64,000 nt of DNA, from assembly GCA_016219025.1 (NCBI GenBank), contig JACRCM010000163.1, positions 329-64,328 on the forward strand, read 5' to 3'. Below the pieces are notes generated by a model that was given only the letters and a program-made list of their open reading frames with translations, searched no databases and was not told the DNA's origin. Shown piece after piece: positions 28,661 to 38,242 of the stretch; within the stretch, counting starts at the first letter, position 1, and each line of letters begins with the position of its first letter. Made by a program: the position numbers and the translations under genes. This DNA comes from Deltaproteobacteria bacterium (lineage in GTDB: Bacteria; Desulfobacterota; GWC2-55-46).

Positions 28661-29692
28661 CTACCGTTTCTCTTCCAGTTCCTTGATCCGTTTTTCAAGC
28701 TCAGCCACGCGCTTTTTAAGCTCGGGGAGTTTGGCGTATATGGCCTGCGACCTGAGCCACTCGGAGTGCGGCTGCGCCGGGGAGCCAGACCACGCGCCGG
28801 GGGAGAGGTCCGCGGTGACGCCGGATTGCGCGCCGATCATAACGCCGTCGCCTATCGTCAGGTGTCCGGCTACCCCGGCCTGGCCGCCTATCTGCGCGTG
28901 GCCGCCTATATGGGTGGACCCGGCCACGCCGGCCTGGGCAACGATGACGGAGTCCGGGCCCACGGTCACGTTGTGCGCTATCTGGACGAGGTTGTCTATC
29001 TTCGTGCCGCGCCCTATGACCGTCTCCGCGATGGCCGCGCGGTCGATGGTCACGCACGCGCCTATCTCCACGTCGTCTTCTATGCGCACTATGCCGCGCT
29101 GCGGGAGCTTGTGGAACCTCCCTTCGTCGAAGGCGTAGCCGAAGCCGTCGCTCCCCACGACGCTGTTGCAGTGGATTATGACACGCTCGCCTATGAGACA
29201 GCCCTCCCTTATTGCTACGCCGGGGTATATGATTGAACGCGCCCCTATCCGCGCCCCTGGGCCGACGTAGACGCCCGCGTAGATGATGGCGCATTCGCCT
29301 ATGACCGCCCCGTCCTCGACGACCGCGAAGGCCCCGACGGACGCTTCAGCTCCGACCCTGGCGCCGGGGTGCACCTCGGCCCTTGGATGGATGCCCGGGG
29401 CGGGCAGGCAGGCCGGCCTCAACGCGTCCATGACCGCCGCGAAGGCTATCTGCGGGTTTTTGACGAGGAGGAGGTTCTGGCCGGGCGCGTCGCACGCGCC
29501 TTCCTTGACGATGACGGCGCCGGCGCGGGTGGTCTTCAGGAGCCTGACCCGCGCCTTGCCCGCGATAAAGGCAATCTCTCCCGGACGAGCGTCCTCGATG
29601 GAGGCAACGCCCGTTATGACGGCTCCCGCGTCTCCCGCTATCCGGCCGCCGGTTATCGCGGCAAGCTCTTCGAGGGTTTTTTGAATGGCCAT
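28661..29692 (-). CDS. lpxD: UDP-3-O-acylglucosamine N-acyltransferase.
   Basis: N-terminal LpxD domain, hexapeptide repeats and a C-terminal coiled-coil tail. 343 aa. Confidence 0.85.
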   Translation of the reverse strand: MAIQKTLEELAAITGGRIAGDAGAVITGVASIEDARPGEIAFIAGKARVRLLKTTRAGAVIVKEGACDAPGQNLLLVKNPQIAFAAVMDALRPACLPAPGIHPRAEVHPGARVGAEASVGAFAVVEDGAVIGECAIIYAGVYVGPGARIGARSIIYPGVAIREGCLIGERVIIHCNSVVGSDGFGYAFDEGRFHKLPQRGIVRIEDDVEIGACVTIDRAAIAETVIGRGTKIDNLVQIAHNVTVGPDSVIVAQAGVAGSTHIGGHAQIGGQAGVAGHLTIGDGVMIGAQSGVTADLSPGAWSGSPAQPHSEWLRSQAIYAKLPELKKRVAELEKRIKELEEKR

Positions 29693-29713
29693 GGTCTGAT
29701 GCGTTACGCCGGG

Positions 29714-30262
29714 CTACTCCTTGCCCTTATCCTTGTCTTTGTTCGCGCGCTTGTTGTACGCCTTTATTATCTCGTCCGTGATGTCGTCGGACGCCGGGGC
29801 ATAGAGCAGGCCGCCTATCGATTTCTCGAAGACGTAGGAGTAGCCCTTCTTTTTGGCTATCTCATCGACGAGGGAGCGCAGGTCTTCTATTATCAGGTTC
29901 TCCCTGTCCTGCTTCTTCTTGTTGAGCTCGTCGCCGTAGTCCATGAATTTTTTGCGGAAGTCCTCGCTCCTCGTCCTGAAATCGGCCTCTTTGGCGTCCT
30001 TCGTCTCCTTGTTCCAGACCGCGCCCATCTTGTCGATTTCGTCTTTCATCTTCTTGAGGTCTTCCTGCTGCGCGTTGAGTTCGTCTTCGAGCTTCTTCGC
30101 CTCGTCTTCGAGCTGCGCCTTCGCCTTCACGCCGGCGTCGCATTCGTTGAGCGCGCGCTGCAGGTTGGCGTGTCCGATCTTTGTCTCCTTCGCAAACGCC
30201 GGCGCCGCCGCGGCGAGCATGACCGCGGCCGCAAGGATAACCAACCCCATCTTTTTCATCAT
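29714..30262 (-). CDS. skp: Periplasmic chaperone Skp (OmpH).
   Basis: Signal peptide (MMKKMGLVILAAAV...AFA), then a Lys/Glu-rich coiled-coil of about 160 aa. Confidence 0.8.
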   Translation of the reverse strand: MMKKMGLVILAAAVMLAAAAPAFAKETKIGHANLQRALNECDAGVKAKAQLEDEAKKLEDELNAQQEDLKKMKDEIDKMGAVWNKETKDAKEADFRTRSEDFRKKFMDYGDELNKKKQDRENLIIEDLRSLVDEIAKKKGYSYVFEKSIGGLLYAPASDDITDEIIKAYNKRANKDKDKGKE

Positions 30263-30296
30263 CGTGTATCTCCTTTTGCTTTGTTTGTGGAACGCC

Positions 30297-32978
30297 TTAG
30301 AAGTTGCTGCCTATGTTGAACTCCCACTGGTGCTCTTTCTCGCCCGGGCGGCGCTCGAGGTTCACGCCGTACTCGAACCGGAGCGGCCCTATGGGCGAGA
30401 ACCACCTGAGCCCGGCCCCGGCGCCCTTGCGAAGGTCTCCGAGGTTGATCCTGCCCTGGTACGCGTTGCCTATGTCGAAGAAGACGAGCCCCCTCAGGTG
30501 CTGCTCAGGTATGAGCGGAAAGAGGAACTCGAAGTTCGCAAACGCCATGGTGTTGCCGCCGATGACCTCGTCCGTGGCCTGGTCCTTGGGGCCCACTGAG
30601 CGCGTCCTGAAGCCGCGGAGCGTGTTTATGCCGCCGAGATAGTATTTTTCGTAGACCGGCGGCTCTTTGCCGCCGTAGCCCTGGATGTAACCGGCGCTGC
30701 CGCGCGCCGAAAACGTCGTCTCCCACGGCAACGGGAAATACTTTATGTCATCCGTCTCGTATTTGACGAAGTTTGTCGAGCCGCCGAAGACGCCGCCGGC
30801 GACCTCGGTGGAGAGCGTCAGGACGGAGCCCTCGCCTGGGAAGAAGGCGTCGTCGCGGGTGTCGCGCTTGAGCGAGGCGTTCATGCTGCTCGTGGTCGAG
30901 GAACCGGCCTGGTCCCTCACGAACTTGGAGGCGTTCGACGCGACGTTGTCGACCTTCGCGTCCTCGAGCCGGTAGGTGAGAAAACCGTACGTATACCTGT
31001 CCGTGACCGGGAATCCGAGCCTTACGTCAAAGCCCCTCTTCTTGAGGCTGAAGTCGGGGTAGTCCTTCGACGTGTCGTAGACGTCGAACCCGGCGGAGAT
31101 GGGCTTGTCAAAGAGCCACGGCTCGGTGAAGCCCAGGACGTATTTCGAGGACGACGCGCTCACCGTGCCTGAGAGGTCGAGCTTGAGCCCGGTGCCCATG
31201 AGGTTCGTCTGCGCGATGGAGGCCGTGCCGATGAGCTTGTCCACCGAGGAGTAGCCCGCCCCGACCGATACCGAGCCGGTCGGTCGCTCCTTGACGTCCA
31301 CGTCGAGCTTTATCTTGTCCGGGCCGCTGCCCTGCGTGTCCCTTACGCGCACGTCCTCGAAGTAGCCGAGCCTGCGGAGGTTGTTGTTGCTGCGCTTCAG
31401 GGCCCCGGAGGCGAAGAGGTCGCCCTCGCCGAGTTCGATCTCCCGGCGGATGACCTTGTCCCGGGTCCGCGTGTTGCCCGCGATGTCTATGCGCTCGATA
31501 TACGCGAGTTCGTTCTTTTTTATGTCGAGCGTTACGTCCACCGTCTGTTTTTCGGCGTTGAGGCCGGTTGTCGGCTTTATGTCGGCGTAGGCGTATCCCT
31601 TGTCCCCGTATGCGTCGCCGATGGCGTCCATGCCCTTCGAGAACTTCGACCTGTCGAAGACGCCGCCGGGTTCGAGCTTGAGTTTATCGATAAGCTCCTC
31701 TTTGGGGACGATGACGTCGCCCGCCACGTCGATCCTGCCTATCCTGTATTGGACGCCCTCGGAGACGGCAAGCGTTATGTCGAACCACCTCTTGTCCTCC
31801 GAGAGCAGGACCCGGTGGTCGAGGAGTTCGGCGGTTATGTAGCCGTCGTCGTAATAATGCCCCATGACCACGGCAAGGTCGGAGGCGAACTTCTGCTCGT
31901 CGAACTTGCCGGAGCCGGTCAGCGCCGAGAATATGCCTATCTCCTTGGTGGACATGAATCCCTTGATATTGTCCTCGTCGAAGTGCTCCGCGCCGATGAC
32001 CGTGATCCTGCGCACCTTGACCTCAGGGCCTTCGTCGATCTCAAACGTGACGGCGGCAATGGCGCCGTCCGAGGTGACGACGGGCTTTACCGTCGTCAGG
32101 TAATAACCCTCCTCGGCGTAGATGCCTTTTATCTTGCCGGCGTTGGACTCGAGAAGCGGCCTGTCGAGCACCGTATTCTCCTTGATGGTGACGCCTTCCT
32201 TGAGCTTGTCGTCCTTGAGTTCGCTGTTGCCCTTGAAGGCGATCTTTTTTATGAACGGCATCTCCCTCACGATGAAGGTGAGCGTCTTGCCGGAGGCCGT
32301 GTCCGAGAGGTCGGCGGATACGTCGTCGAAGTATCCAGTTGAATATATGTTCCTTATGTCCTCCCTCACGTCGTCCGGGGAGAAGGGGGCGCCCGCCTTG
32401 CTCGCCGCTTTTTTGAGCACCGCTTCCTTGTCGATCCTCCTCATGCCGGACGCCTCGACCCTGTCGATGACGCCCGCGCGCCCGGCCGGGCGCGCCTTCA
32501 TGACGCCGACCATCCTGGCGTGGATGGCCTCCGCCGATTCCTTTACCGTCTTCAATACCTCGGCCTCGGAGGGCGACGTCTTCGCGTATGCCGCTATGAC
32601 GGTCTTGTCCCTGAGGTCGATGACGCGCCATTCGACGCCGAGCGCGCCGGCATCCTTTGCCATTGTCCCCATTATCGCGTAGTCGGCCTTGACGCGCGCG
32701 CCAAGCTCGTAGACGCCGGCCTCCGTGAACCGTGCCACGCCCTGTTTGAGCATGAGGTCTTTGAGCTCGTCGATGCCGGCGAGCCTGGCCCCGGCCGCGT
32801 CGAGCGCGGATGCAAGCGTCTCCATTGCGCTGCGCCGGGCGAGCGATAGGCCCCCGGCCTCCCCCATGTCGAAAGGCACGACGAGCACCGCCACGGACGG
32901 GCCTTCGGCGCCGATGGACGGCAACGGCGAGAGCAGAACGCAAACGAGTATGATGGCGATGCCTATGCGGTAGAACAC
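30297..32978 (-). CDS. bamA: Outer membrane protein assembly factor BamA with an N-terminal extension of about 160 aa preceding the POTRA domains.
   Basis: Signal peptide, POTRA repeats, and a C-terminal beta-barrel ending in ...EFNIGSNF. GTG start. 893 aa. Confidence 0.85.
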   Translation of the reverse strand: MFYRIGIAIILVCVLLSPLPSIGAEGPSVAVLVVPFDMGEAGGLSLARRSAMETLASALDAAGARLAGIDELKDLMLKQGVARFTEAGVYELGARVKADYAIMGTMAKDAGALGVEWRVIDLRDKTVIAAYAKTSPSEAEVLKTVKESAEAIHARMVGVMKARPAGRAGVIDRVEASGMRRIDKEAVLKKAASKAGAPFSPDDVREDIRNIYSTGYFDDVSADLSDTASGKTLTFIVREMPFIKKIAFKGNSELKDDKLKEGVTIKENTVLDRPLLESNAGKIKGIYAEEGYYLTTVKPVVTSDGAIAAVTFEIDEGPEVKVRRITVIGAEHFDEDNIKGFMSTKEIGIFSALTGSGKFDEQKFASDLAVVMGHYYDDGYITAELLDHRVLLSEDKRWFDITLAVSEGVQYRIGRIDVAGDVIVPKEELIDKLKLEPGGVFDRSKFSKGMDAIGDAYGDKGYAYADIKPTTGLNAEKQTVDVTLDIKKNELAYIERIDIAGNTRTRDKVIRREIELGEGDLFASGALKRSNNNLRRLGYFEDVRVRDTQGSGPDKIKLDVDVKERPTGSVSVGAGYSSVDKLIGTASIAQTNLMGTGLKLDLSGTVSASSSKYVLGFTEPWLFDKPISAGFDVYDTSKDYPDFSLKKRGFDVRLGFPVTDRYTYGFLTYRLEDAKVDNVASNASKFVRDQAGSSTTSSMNASLKRDTRDDAFFPGEGSVLTLSTEVAGGVFGGSTNFVKYETDDIKYFPLPWETTFSARGSAGYIQGYGGKEPPVYEKYYLGGINTLRGFRTRSVGPKDQATDEVIGGNTMAFANFEFLFPLIPEQHLRGLVFFDIGNAYQGRINLGDLRKGAGAGLRWFSPIGPLRFEYGVNLERRPGEKEHQWEFNIGSNF

Positions 32979-33059
32979 AAATCCCTTTAAGGAAGCCTCT
33001 TGTCTATTCTTTCCCGTCGTTGAGCATCGCGGCGCAACCGGGTTCCGCGCCGCGCCCGG

Positions 33060-33135
33060 AACAGGTTATCGGTGAATGGTAAAAAAACATGTCTTTATCC
33101 TTTTCTGATAACCGATAACTGATAACCGATAACGT
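33060..33135. repeat. MITE-like repeat family 2 copy, with a CTGATAA/CCGATAA heptamer array, in the bamA-lolD gap.
   Basis: CAGGTTATCGGTGAATGG...CTGATAACCGATAACTGATAACCGATAACG; homologous to 18048-18174. Confidence 0.6.
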
Positions 33136-33810
33136 CTATGCCTCTTTGAGCCTTCCGTCCGACATGACAAGACGCCGTCCCATGCGGCCGGCCAGGCGCT
33201 CGTTGTGGGTTACGACCACGAGGGCCGCGCCCCTGTCCCTGTTGACGCCAAGGAGCATGTCGAAGACCTCTTCTCCGGTGCGGGCGTCGAGGTTGCCGGT
33301 CGGCTCGTCAGCGAGCACTATCCCCGGCTCCTGCATGAGGGAGCGGACGATGGCCGTCCTTTGCTGCTCGCCCCCTGAGAGTTCGCCGGGCTTGTGGTTG
33401 AGCCTCTCGCCGAGTCCGACCTCCCGCAGGAGGGTCTCGGCCCTGGCCCTGGCCGCGTCGAACGGCGTCCCGCCTATGAGCCCTGGGAGCATGACGTTTT
33501 CCAGCGCCGTGAACTCCGGGAGGAGGTGGTGGAACTGGAATACGAATCCGATCGACCTGTTCCTGAAGGCGGCGAGCCTGCCCCCGTCATAATCGAAGAC
33601 CGGCTCGTCCATGAAACGCACCACGCCGCTCGTAGGGCGGTCGAGCGTGCCCATGATGTTGAGGAGCGTGGATTTGCCCGCGCCCGACGCCCCGAGTATG
33701 GCGATGGTCTCGCCCTTTGTCACCGCGAGGTCGATCCCCTTGAGCACGTCTACCGTCTTGCCGGCGCCGCCATAGCTCTTGCAAAGGTCTTTTATGGTTA
33801 TCAGGTTCAT
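33136..33810 (-). CDS. lolD: Lipoprotein-releasing system ATP-binding protein.
   Basis: Walker [13 protein letters not shown] signature LSGGEQQR, Walker [11 protein letters not shown]. Confidence 0.85.
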   Translation of the reverse strand: MNLITIKDLCKSYGGAGKTVDVLKGIDLAVTKGETIAILGASGAGKSTLLNIMGTLDRPTSGVVRFMDEPVFDYDGGRLAAFRNRSIGFVFQFHHLLPEFTALENVMLPGLIGGTPFDAARARAETLLREVGLGERLNHKPGELSGGEQQRTAIVRSLMQEPGIVLADEPTGNLDARTGEEVFDMLLGVNRDRGAALVVVTHNERLAGRMGRRLVMSDGRLKEA

Positions 33811-33887
33811 TCATTGGGTGCGCCGCCGTGATGCGCGTGATGGAAACGCCTTGCGGTTTTCACGGCCACGGAACACGGCCACGGTTT

Positions 33888-35147
33888 TTAAATAAGCGCC
33901 GCGTCCTGGCGCTCCCTTGCCTTGGCGGTGTTCACGACGCGCTCCTTTATTATCCGCTCAAGCGCCTCTTTGACCGCCGGATATTTCAGGAGTATGTCCT
34001 TTATCATCGGCCTTGAGAAGACCACGAGCTCGGTCTCCTCGATGGCGGTGACGTTCGCCACCCTGGGCCGCGAGGTGGCCAGCGCGATCTCCCCGAAGAA
34101 GTCCCCCTCGCCCAGTTCTTTTATGGTGAAGGGCTTGCCCGATTTGTCCTTCACCCAGACCGAGACCTTGCCGTTCTTTATGAGGAACATGGTGTCCCCG
34201 AGCTCGCCTTCCTTGACCACGTAGTTCCCCTTGACGAACTTGGCGAGCGTGAGCCGCTTCAGTATTTCTTCCCTGTCTTCCTTGGTCATGGGTCTGAATA
34301 TGTCGGATAGCCCCATGAGCCTGTCCACGATGCGCTCCTTGTAGAACTTGAAGAGCACGTCGGAGACCCTTTTATGTCTGGTTATGATGTCGTCTAAGTC
34401 GGCCTTCGTGAGTTCAAGTATGGTGGCGTCCGCCACGACCCTCACGCCGGTCTTTCTCCGGGAGCGCGAGAAGAAGCCGAATTCCCCGAATATCGCGCCC
34501 TCGGTGAGCGTCGCCAGCACTATGTTGCTGCCGTCCCTGGCCTTGCCCGCGACCTCCACCGCGCCGTCCGAGATGATGAATATGGAGTTGCCCTCGTCGC
34601 CCTCGCGGAAGAGGTATGAGCCGGCCTTGTAGTCCTTAGAGCGTACCTTCTTGACCACCTCGAGGAACTCCGGCTCCGTGAAGTCGGAAAAGAGCGGCAC
34701 CCTCGGCAGCTTGAGCGCGGCCTGCGGGGCCGGCGCGGCCTGCGGGGTCGGCGCGGCCTGCGGGGCCGGCGCGGCCTTGGCCGTGGACGGCGCGGGAGGT
34801 TTTGCCGCCTCCCCGCCGGGTGTCCCGGCGTAGAGTCCCGCGAGCTTGTCCTGTATCCCCTGCTGCGACGGGTCTATGCTTATTATGATCTTGCAGACCG
34901 CCACGGCCTTTATGACGAATCCGAGCTTTACGAAGTGGGCTACCGCCTCTTTGTAGTGCTCGACGGACGTGGCGTTGTCGCCCATCTTGCGCGCGATGTC
35001 GCCCATGCGGATGTTTATCCTCGGGTCCTTCGCGCCGTAGGACTTTATCCGGTCATAGGCGGCGAGCGCCTCTTGAAACTTCCCTTTCGAGAAGAGGTCT
35101 TCGGCCTTGTCCTTGGCTATGGATGCCGTCTGTGCGTCCAGTGCCAT
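33888..35147 (-). CDS. TPR-repeat protein with two tandem cyclic-nucleotide-binding (cNMP/CAP-like) domains.
   Basis: N-terminal TPR-like helices. A Pro/Ala-rich linker (PAPQAAPTPQAAPAPQAA). Two cNMP-binding blocks (FREGDEGNSIFIISDGAVEV...GEFGFFS and VVKEGELGDTMFLIKNGKVSV...GEGDFFGEIAL). Confidence 0.75.
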   Translation of the reverse strand: MALDAQTASIAKDKAEDLFSKGKFQEALAAYDRIKSYGAKDPRINIRMGDIARKMGDNATSVEHYKEAVAHFVKLGFVIKAVAVCKIIISIDPSQQGIQDKLAGLYAGTPGGEAAKPPAPSTAKAAPAPQAAPTPQAAPAPQAALKLPRVPLFSDFTEPEFLEVVKKVRSKDYKAGSYLFREGDEGNSIFIISDGAVEVAGKARDGSNIVLATLTEGAIFGEFGFFSRSRRKTGVRVVADATILELTKADLDDIITRHKRVSDVLFKFYKERIVDRLMGLSDIFRPMTKEDREEILKRLTLAKFVKGNYVVKEGELGDTMFLIKNGKVSVWVKDKSGKPFTIKELGEGDFFGEIALATSRPRVANVTAIEETELVVFSRPMIKDILLKYPAVKEALERIIKERVVNTAKARERQDAALI

Positions 35148-35156
35148 ATTATTGCC

Positions 35157-36443
35157 TCATTCGTATCTTAATCCCTCAACCGGGTCGAACCTCGACGCCT
35201 GATAGGACGGATATAGCGTCGCCAGAAAACTGATGCCGAGGGATATGAGCGCTATCGCTATGACGAACGACGGCTCGACCTTCGACGGGAACTTGTCTAT
35301 ATAGTATACGCTCGGCGGCAGGACCTTGAAGTGGAAGACCCGCTCGGCGAACGCGACTATCCCTTCGAGGTTTATGGCGGCGGCAAGCCCGAGGGCCGTG
35401 CCGAGCGCGGTGCCCGCAACCCCGATGACCGCGCCCTCTATCATGAATATCCGCATGATGCCGCCGGAGGTAACGCCGAGACTCTTGAGTATGGCTATGT
35501 CCTTGCCCTTTTCCATGACCGCCATGATGAGCGTGGATATGATGTTGAGGGCCGCGACGACTATGATGAGCGCGAGGATGATGAACATCGCGGCCTTCTC
35601 GAGGCGCAGGGCGGAGAATAGGTTCCTGTTCATCTCCATCCACGTCCGCGTCCAGTAAGAGCCTTTGAGCGCGGACATTATCGCGTCAGCCGTCTTCTCG
35701 GCGGCGTAGATGTCCGCGACCCGCACCTCGACCCCTGAGACCGCCGTGCCGAGCCGGAAAAACTTCTGGGCGCTGTCTATGGAGATGAAGGCCAAAGAGG
35801 AGTCATATTCGTACATGCCCAGCTCGAATATGCCTGAGACCTTGAACGCCGCCATGCGCGGGACGTTCCCCGCGGGCGTCATCGCGCCCATGGGAGAGAT
35901 GACCCTTACGGTGTCGCCGACCTCTATGCCTATGTTGCGCGCAAGCTCTTTCCCGATTACAATCCCCGGCATCCGGGCCGGGGCACCCCCGGCCGCGCCC
36001 CCGTCCGCCGCGGCGAACGGCGTCTTGAGGCCATCTATCGAGCCCGTCTTGATGCGCTGGGGAAGTACCGTCACCTCGCCTGCGCTATCCACGTCTATCC
36101 CGCGTATGACCGCCCCGGCCACGCCCGTGCCGCCTGAGATCATTGCCTGGTTGTAGGTGAAAGGCGAGGCCCCGGTGACGCCGGAGACCTTCCTCGCCTC
36201 CGCGGCCACGCGGCCGTAATCGCGTAGCCCGCCGGAGAACCCGGTCACCACCACGTGGGCGTTTACCCCGAGTATCTTATCCTTGAGGTTCTCCTCGAAC
36301 CCGTTCATCACGGAGAGCACAATGATAAGCGCGGTCACCCCCACGGTGATGCCGAGCACCGAGATGAACGTGATTACGGATATGAAGGTCTGCTTCCTCT
36401 TCGCCTTCAGGTAGCGCAGACCAATGAACAGTTCGTAGGACAT
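35157..36443 (-). CDS. lolE: Lipoprotein-releasing system permease (LolC/LolE, FtsX family).
   Basis: MacB-like periplasmic domain plus four-TM FtsX permease. The C-terminal ...RFDPVEGLRYE is the typical LolC/E end. Confidence 0.85.
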   Translation of the reverse strand: MSYELFIGLRYLKAKRKQTFISVITFISVLGITVGVTALIIVLSVMNGFEENLKDKILGVNAHVVVTGFSGGLRDYGRVAAEARKVSGVTGASPFTYNQAMISGGTGVAGAVIRGIDVDSAGEVTVLPQRIKTGSIDGLKTPFAAADGGAAGGAPARMPGIVIGKELARNIGIEVGDTVRVISPMGAMTPAGNVPRMAAFKVSGIFELGMYEYDSSLAFISIDSAQKFFRLGTAVSGVEVRVADIYAAEKTADAIMSALKGSYWTRTWMEMNRNLFSALRLEKAAMFIILALIIVVAALNIISTLIMAVMEKGKDIAILKSLGVTSGGIMRIFMIEGAVIGVAGTALGTALGLAAAINLEGIVAFAERVFHFKVLPPSVYYIDKFPSKVEPSFVIAIALISLGISFLATLYPSYQASRFDPVEGLRYE

Positions 36444-36448
36444 GCTCC

Positions 36449-37924
36449 TTATCTTCTCAGCAAGGGGAATAGGATAACGTCCCGTATCGACGGCGAATCC
36501 GTCATTACCATGACCAGCCTGTCTATGCCTATGCCCTCTCCGGCGGCCGGCGGCATCCCGTATTCGAGCGCCTTTACGTAATCCTCGTCCATTTCGTGCG
36601 CCTCAAGGTCGCCCGCGGCGCGCTCCTTCAACTGTCCGAGGAACCGCTCGCGCTGGTCAACAGGGTCGTTAAGCTCCGAGAACGCGTTGGCTATCTCCTT
36701 GCCCATCACCAGAAGCTCGAACCTGTCCACCAGCGCCGGGTCGGCTTCGTTCTTGCGGGCAAGCGGAGAAATCTCAAGCGGATACTGCGTCACGAAGGCC
36801 GGCTGGATGAATTGATGCTCCGCGGTCTTCTCGAATATCTCCTGTATGACCTTGCCGTGGCTGAGGCCCTCCGGCACGGCAAGGCCGAGGGTCTTGGAGA
36901 ACCGCAGCGCCTCCGCCTTGTCCGTGAATATCGTCCCGTCCGCGTTCGAGTATTTGAGGATTGCGTCCCTGACCGTTATGCGCCGCCACGGGGCAGCGAA
37001 CTCGAGGATGGTGCCCTGATAATTCACCTTGGTGGAGCCGTGTATCTCCTTTGCAAGGCCGCTAATCATCTCCTCCGTCAAGCGCATGAGGTCTTCGTAC
37101 GTGGCGTATGCCTGGTAGAACTCCAGCATCGTGAACTCCGGGTTGTGCTGGGTCGAGACGCCTTCGTTGCGGAAGTTCCTGTTTATCTCGAAGACCCGCT
37201 CCATGCCCGCTACTATGAGCCTCTTGAGATACAACTCAGGCGCGATGCGCAGATACAGCTCGGAGCCGAGCGCGTTGTGGAAGGTCTTGAACGGCTTTGC
37301 CGCCGCGCCTCCGGCTATGGGCTGGAGCATCGGGGTCTCAACCTCGACGAATTCCCGCTTCGACAGAAATTCCCTTATGTATCCGATAATGCGCGACCTC
37401 TTGAGGAAGACCTCCTTGACCTCTGGGTTCACCATGAGGTCGAGGTAGCGCTGTCTGTAGCGCGCCTCGACGTCCACGAGGCCGTGCCACTTTTCCGGGA
37501 GCGGGTGGAGGCCCTTCGAGAGGATGCGCAGCCCCCTCGTCTCGACGGTAAGCTCGTTCGTGCGCGTCCTGAAGAGCCTGCCCTCGACGCCGACGATGTC
37601 GCCCATGTCTATCTTCTTCCAGAGGCCGTAGGCCGCCTCTCCAAGTATGTCTTTTTTTATGTAGACCTGCAAGGCGCCGCTTCTGTCCTGTATCCGCGCG
37701 AAGGACGCCTTGCCGAAATCGCGCTGGGCCATGACCCTGCCGGCGATGGAGACGGTCATCTCCTTTGCCTCAAGCTCCTCCCTGGACGCGCCGGCGTGTT
37801 CCGCCGCGACGCGGCCGCAGGCGTGCTCCGGCGTCCAGCCGTTGGGATACGGGTTCACCCCTGATGCGCGCAACTCCGAGAGCTTGCTCAAACGCCGGTC
37901 GAATTCCACGCCTTTTCCTTCCAC
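36449..37924 (-). CDS. lysS: Lysine--tRNA ligase (class II).
   Basis: OB-fold N-terminal domain and class II motifs (...ELYLKRL..., GGAAAKPF, and the motif 3 region GIGIDRLVM). Confidence 0.9.
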   Translation of the reverse strand: MEGKGVEFDRRLSKLSELRASGVNPYPNGWTPEHACGRVAAEHAGASREELEAKEMTVSIAGRVMAQRDFGKASFARIQDRSGALQVYIKKDILGEAAYGLWKKIDMGDIVGVEGRLFRTRTNELTVETRGLRILSKGLHPLPEKWHGLVDVEARYRQRYLDLMVNPEVKEVFLKRSRIIGYIREFLSKREFVEVETPMLQPIAGGAAAKPFKTFHNALGSELYLRIAPELYLKRLIVAGMERVFEINRNFRNEGVSTQHNPEFTMLEFYQAYATYEDLMRLTEEMISGLAKEIHGSTKVNYQGTILEFAAPWRRITVRDAILKYSNADGTIFTDKAEALRFSKTLGLAVPEGLSHGKVIQEIFEKTAEHQFIQPAFVTQYPLEISPLARKNEADPALVDRFELLVMGKEIANAFSELNDPVDQRERFLGQLKERAAGDLEAHEMDEDYVKALEYGMPPAAGEGIGIDRLVMVMTDSPSIRDVILFPLLRR

Positions 37925-38124
37925 TTGACGACACCCCTCGTTCCGAAATCATGCGTCCCCCGGCACGCGCCTGGAGATGCGGATATATCTATGCGTAACT
38001 AAATAAAATTATCTTATTTAACGCGGTGAGTCAAGCTAAAAGCGGGAATTTCCACAAGGTTTTACCTTTGGGCCGCTCCGGCGCGAGTTTATCGATAACC
38101 GGCAACGGCATCCGGTAAACCTTG

Positions 38125-38155
38125 ACAACCACGGCGCTATTTTATAAGATATACG
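38125..38155 (+). promoter_or_regulatory. Sigma70-like promoter (TTGACA-17-TAAGAT) upstream of the first glycosyltransferase gene.
   Basis: TTGACAACCACGGCGCTATTTTATAAGAT. Confidence 0.45.
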
Positions 38156-38242
38156 GTAGAAGGGTCTGCTCAGGACGGTTTACACTCGCCGCGCGGCGAC
38201 CCGTCAGCAGTTGCAACCGTGACGCACAAGCGCGTGCCCCGA

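Noticed and set aside
33105-33135. The (CTGATAA/CCGATAA) x4 heptamer array as replication-origin iterons or DnaA boxes.
   Set aside because: It is part of a dispersed repeat family with copies elsewhere in the window. It sits inside an operon gap with no dnaA, AT-rich DUE or origin-associated genes nearby.
34240-34330. PAPQAAPTPQAAPAPQAA nucleotide repeats inside the cNMP-binding protein gene as a separate tandem-repeat feature.
   Set aside because: It is an in-frame low-complexity Pro/Ala linker between the TPR and cNMP domains, not an independent element.
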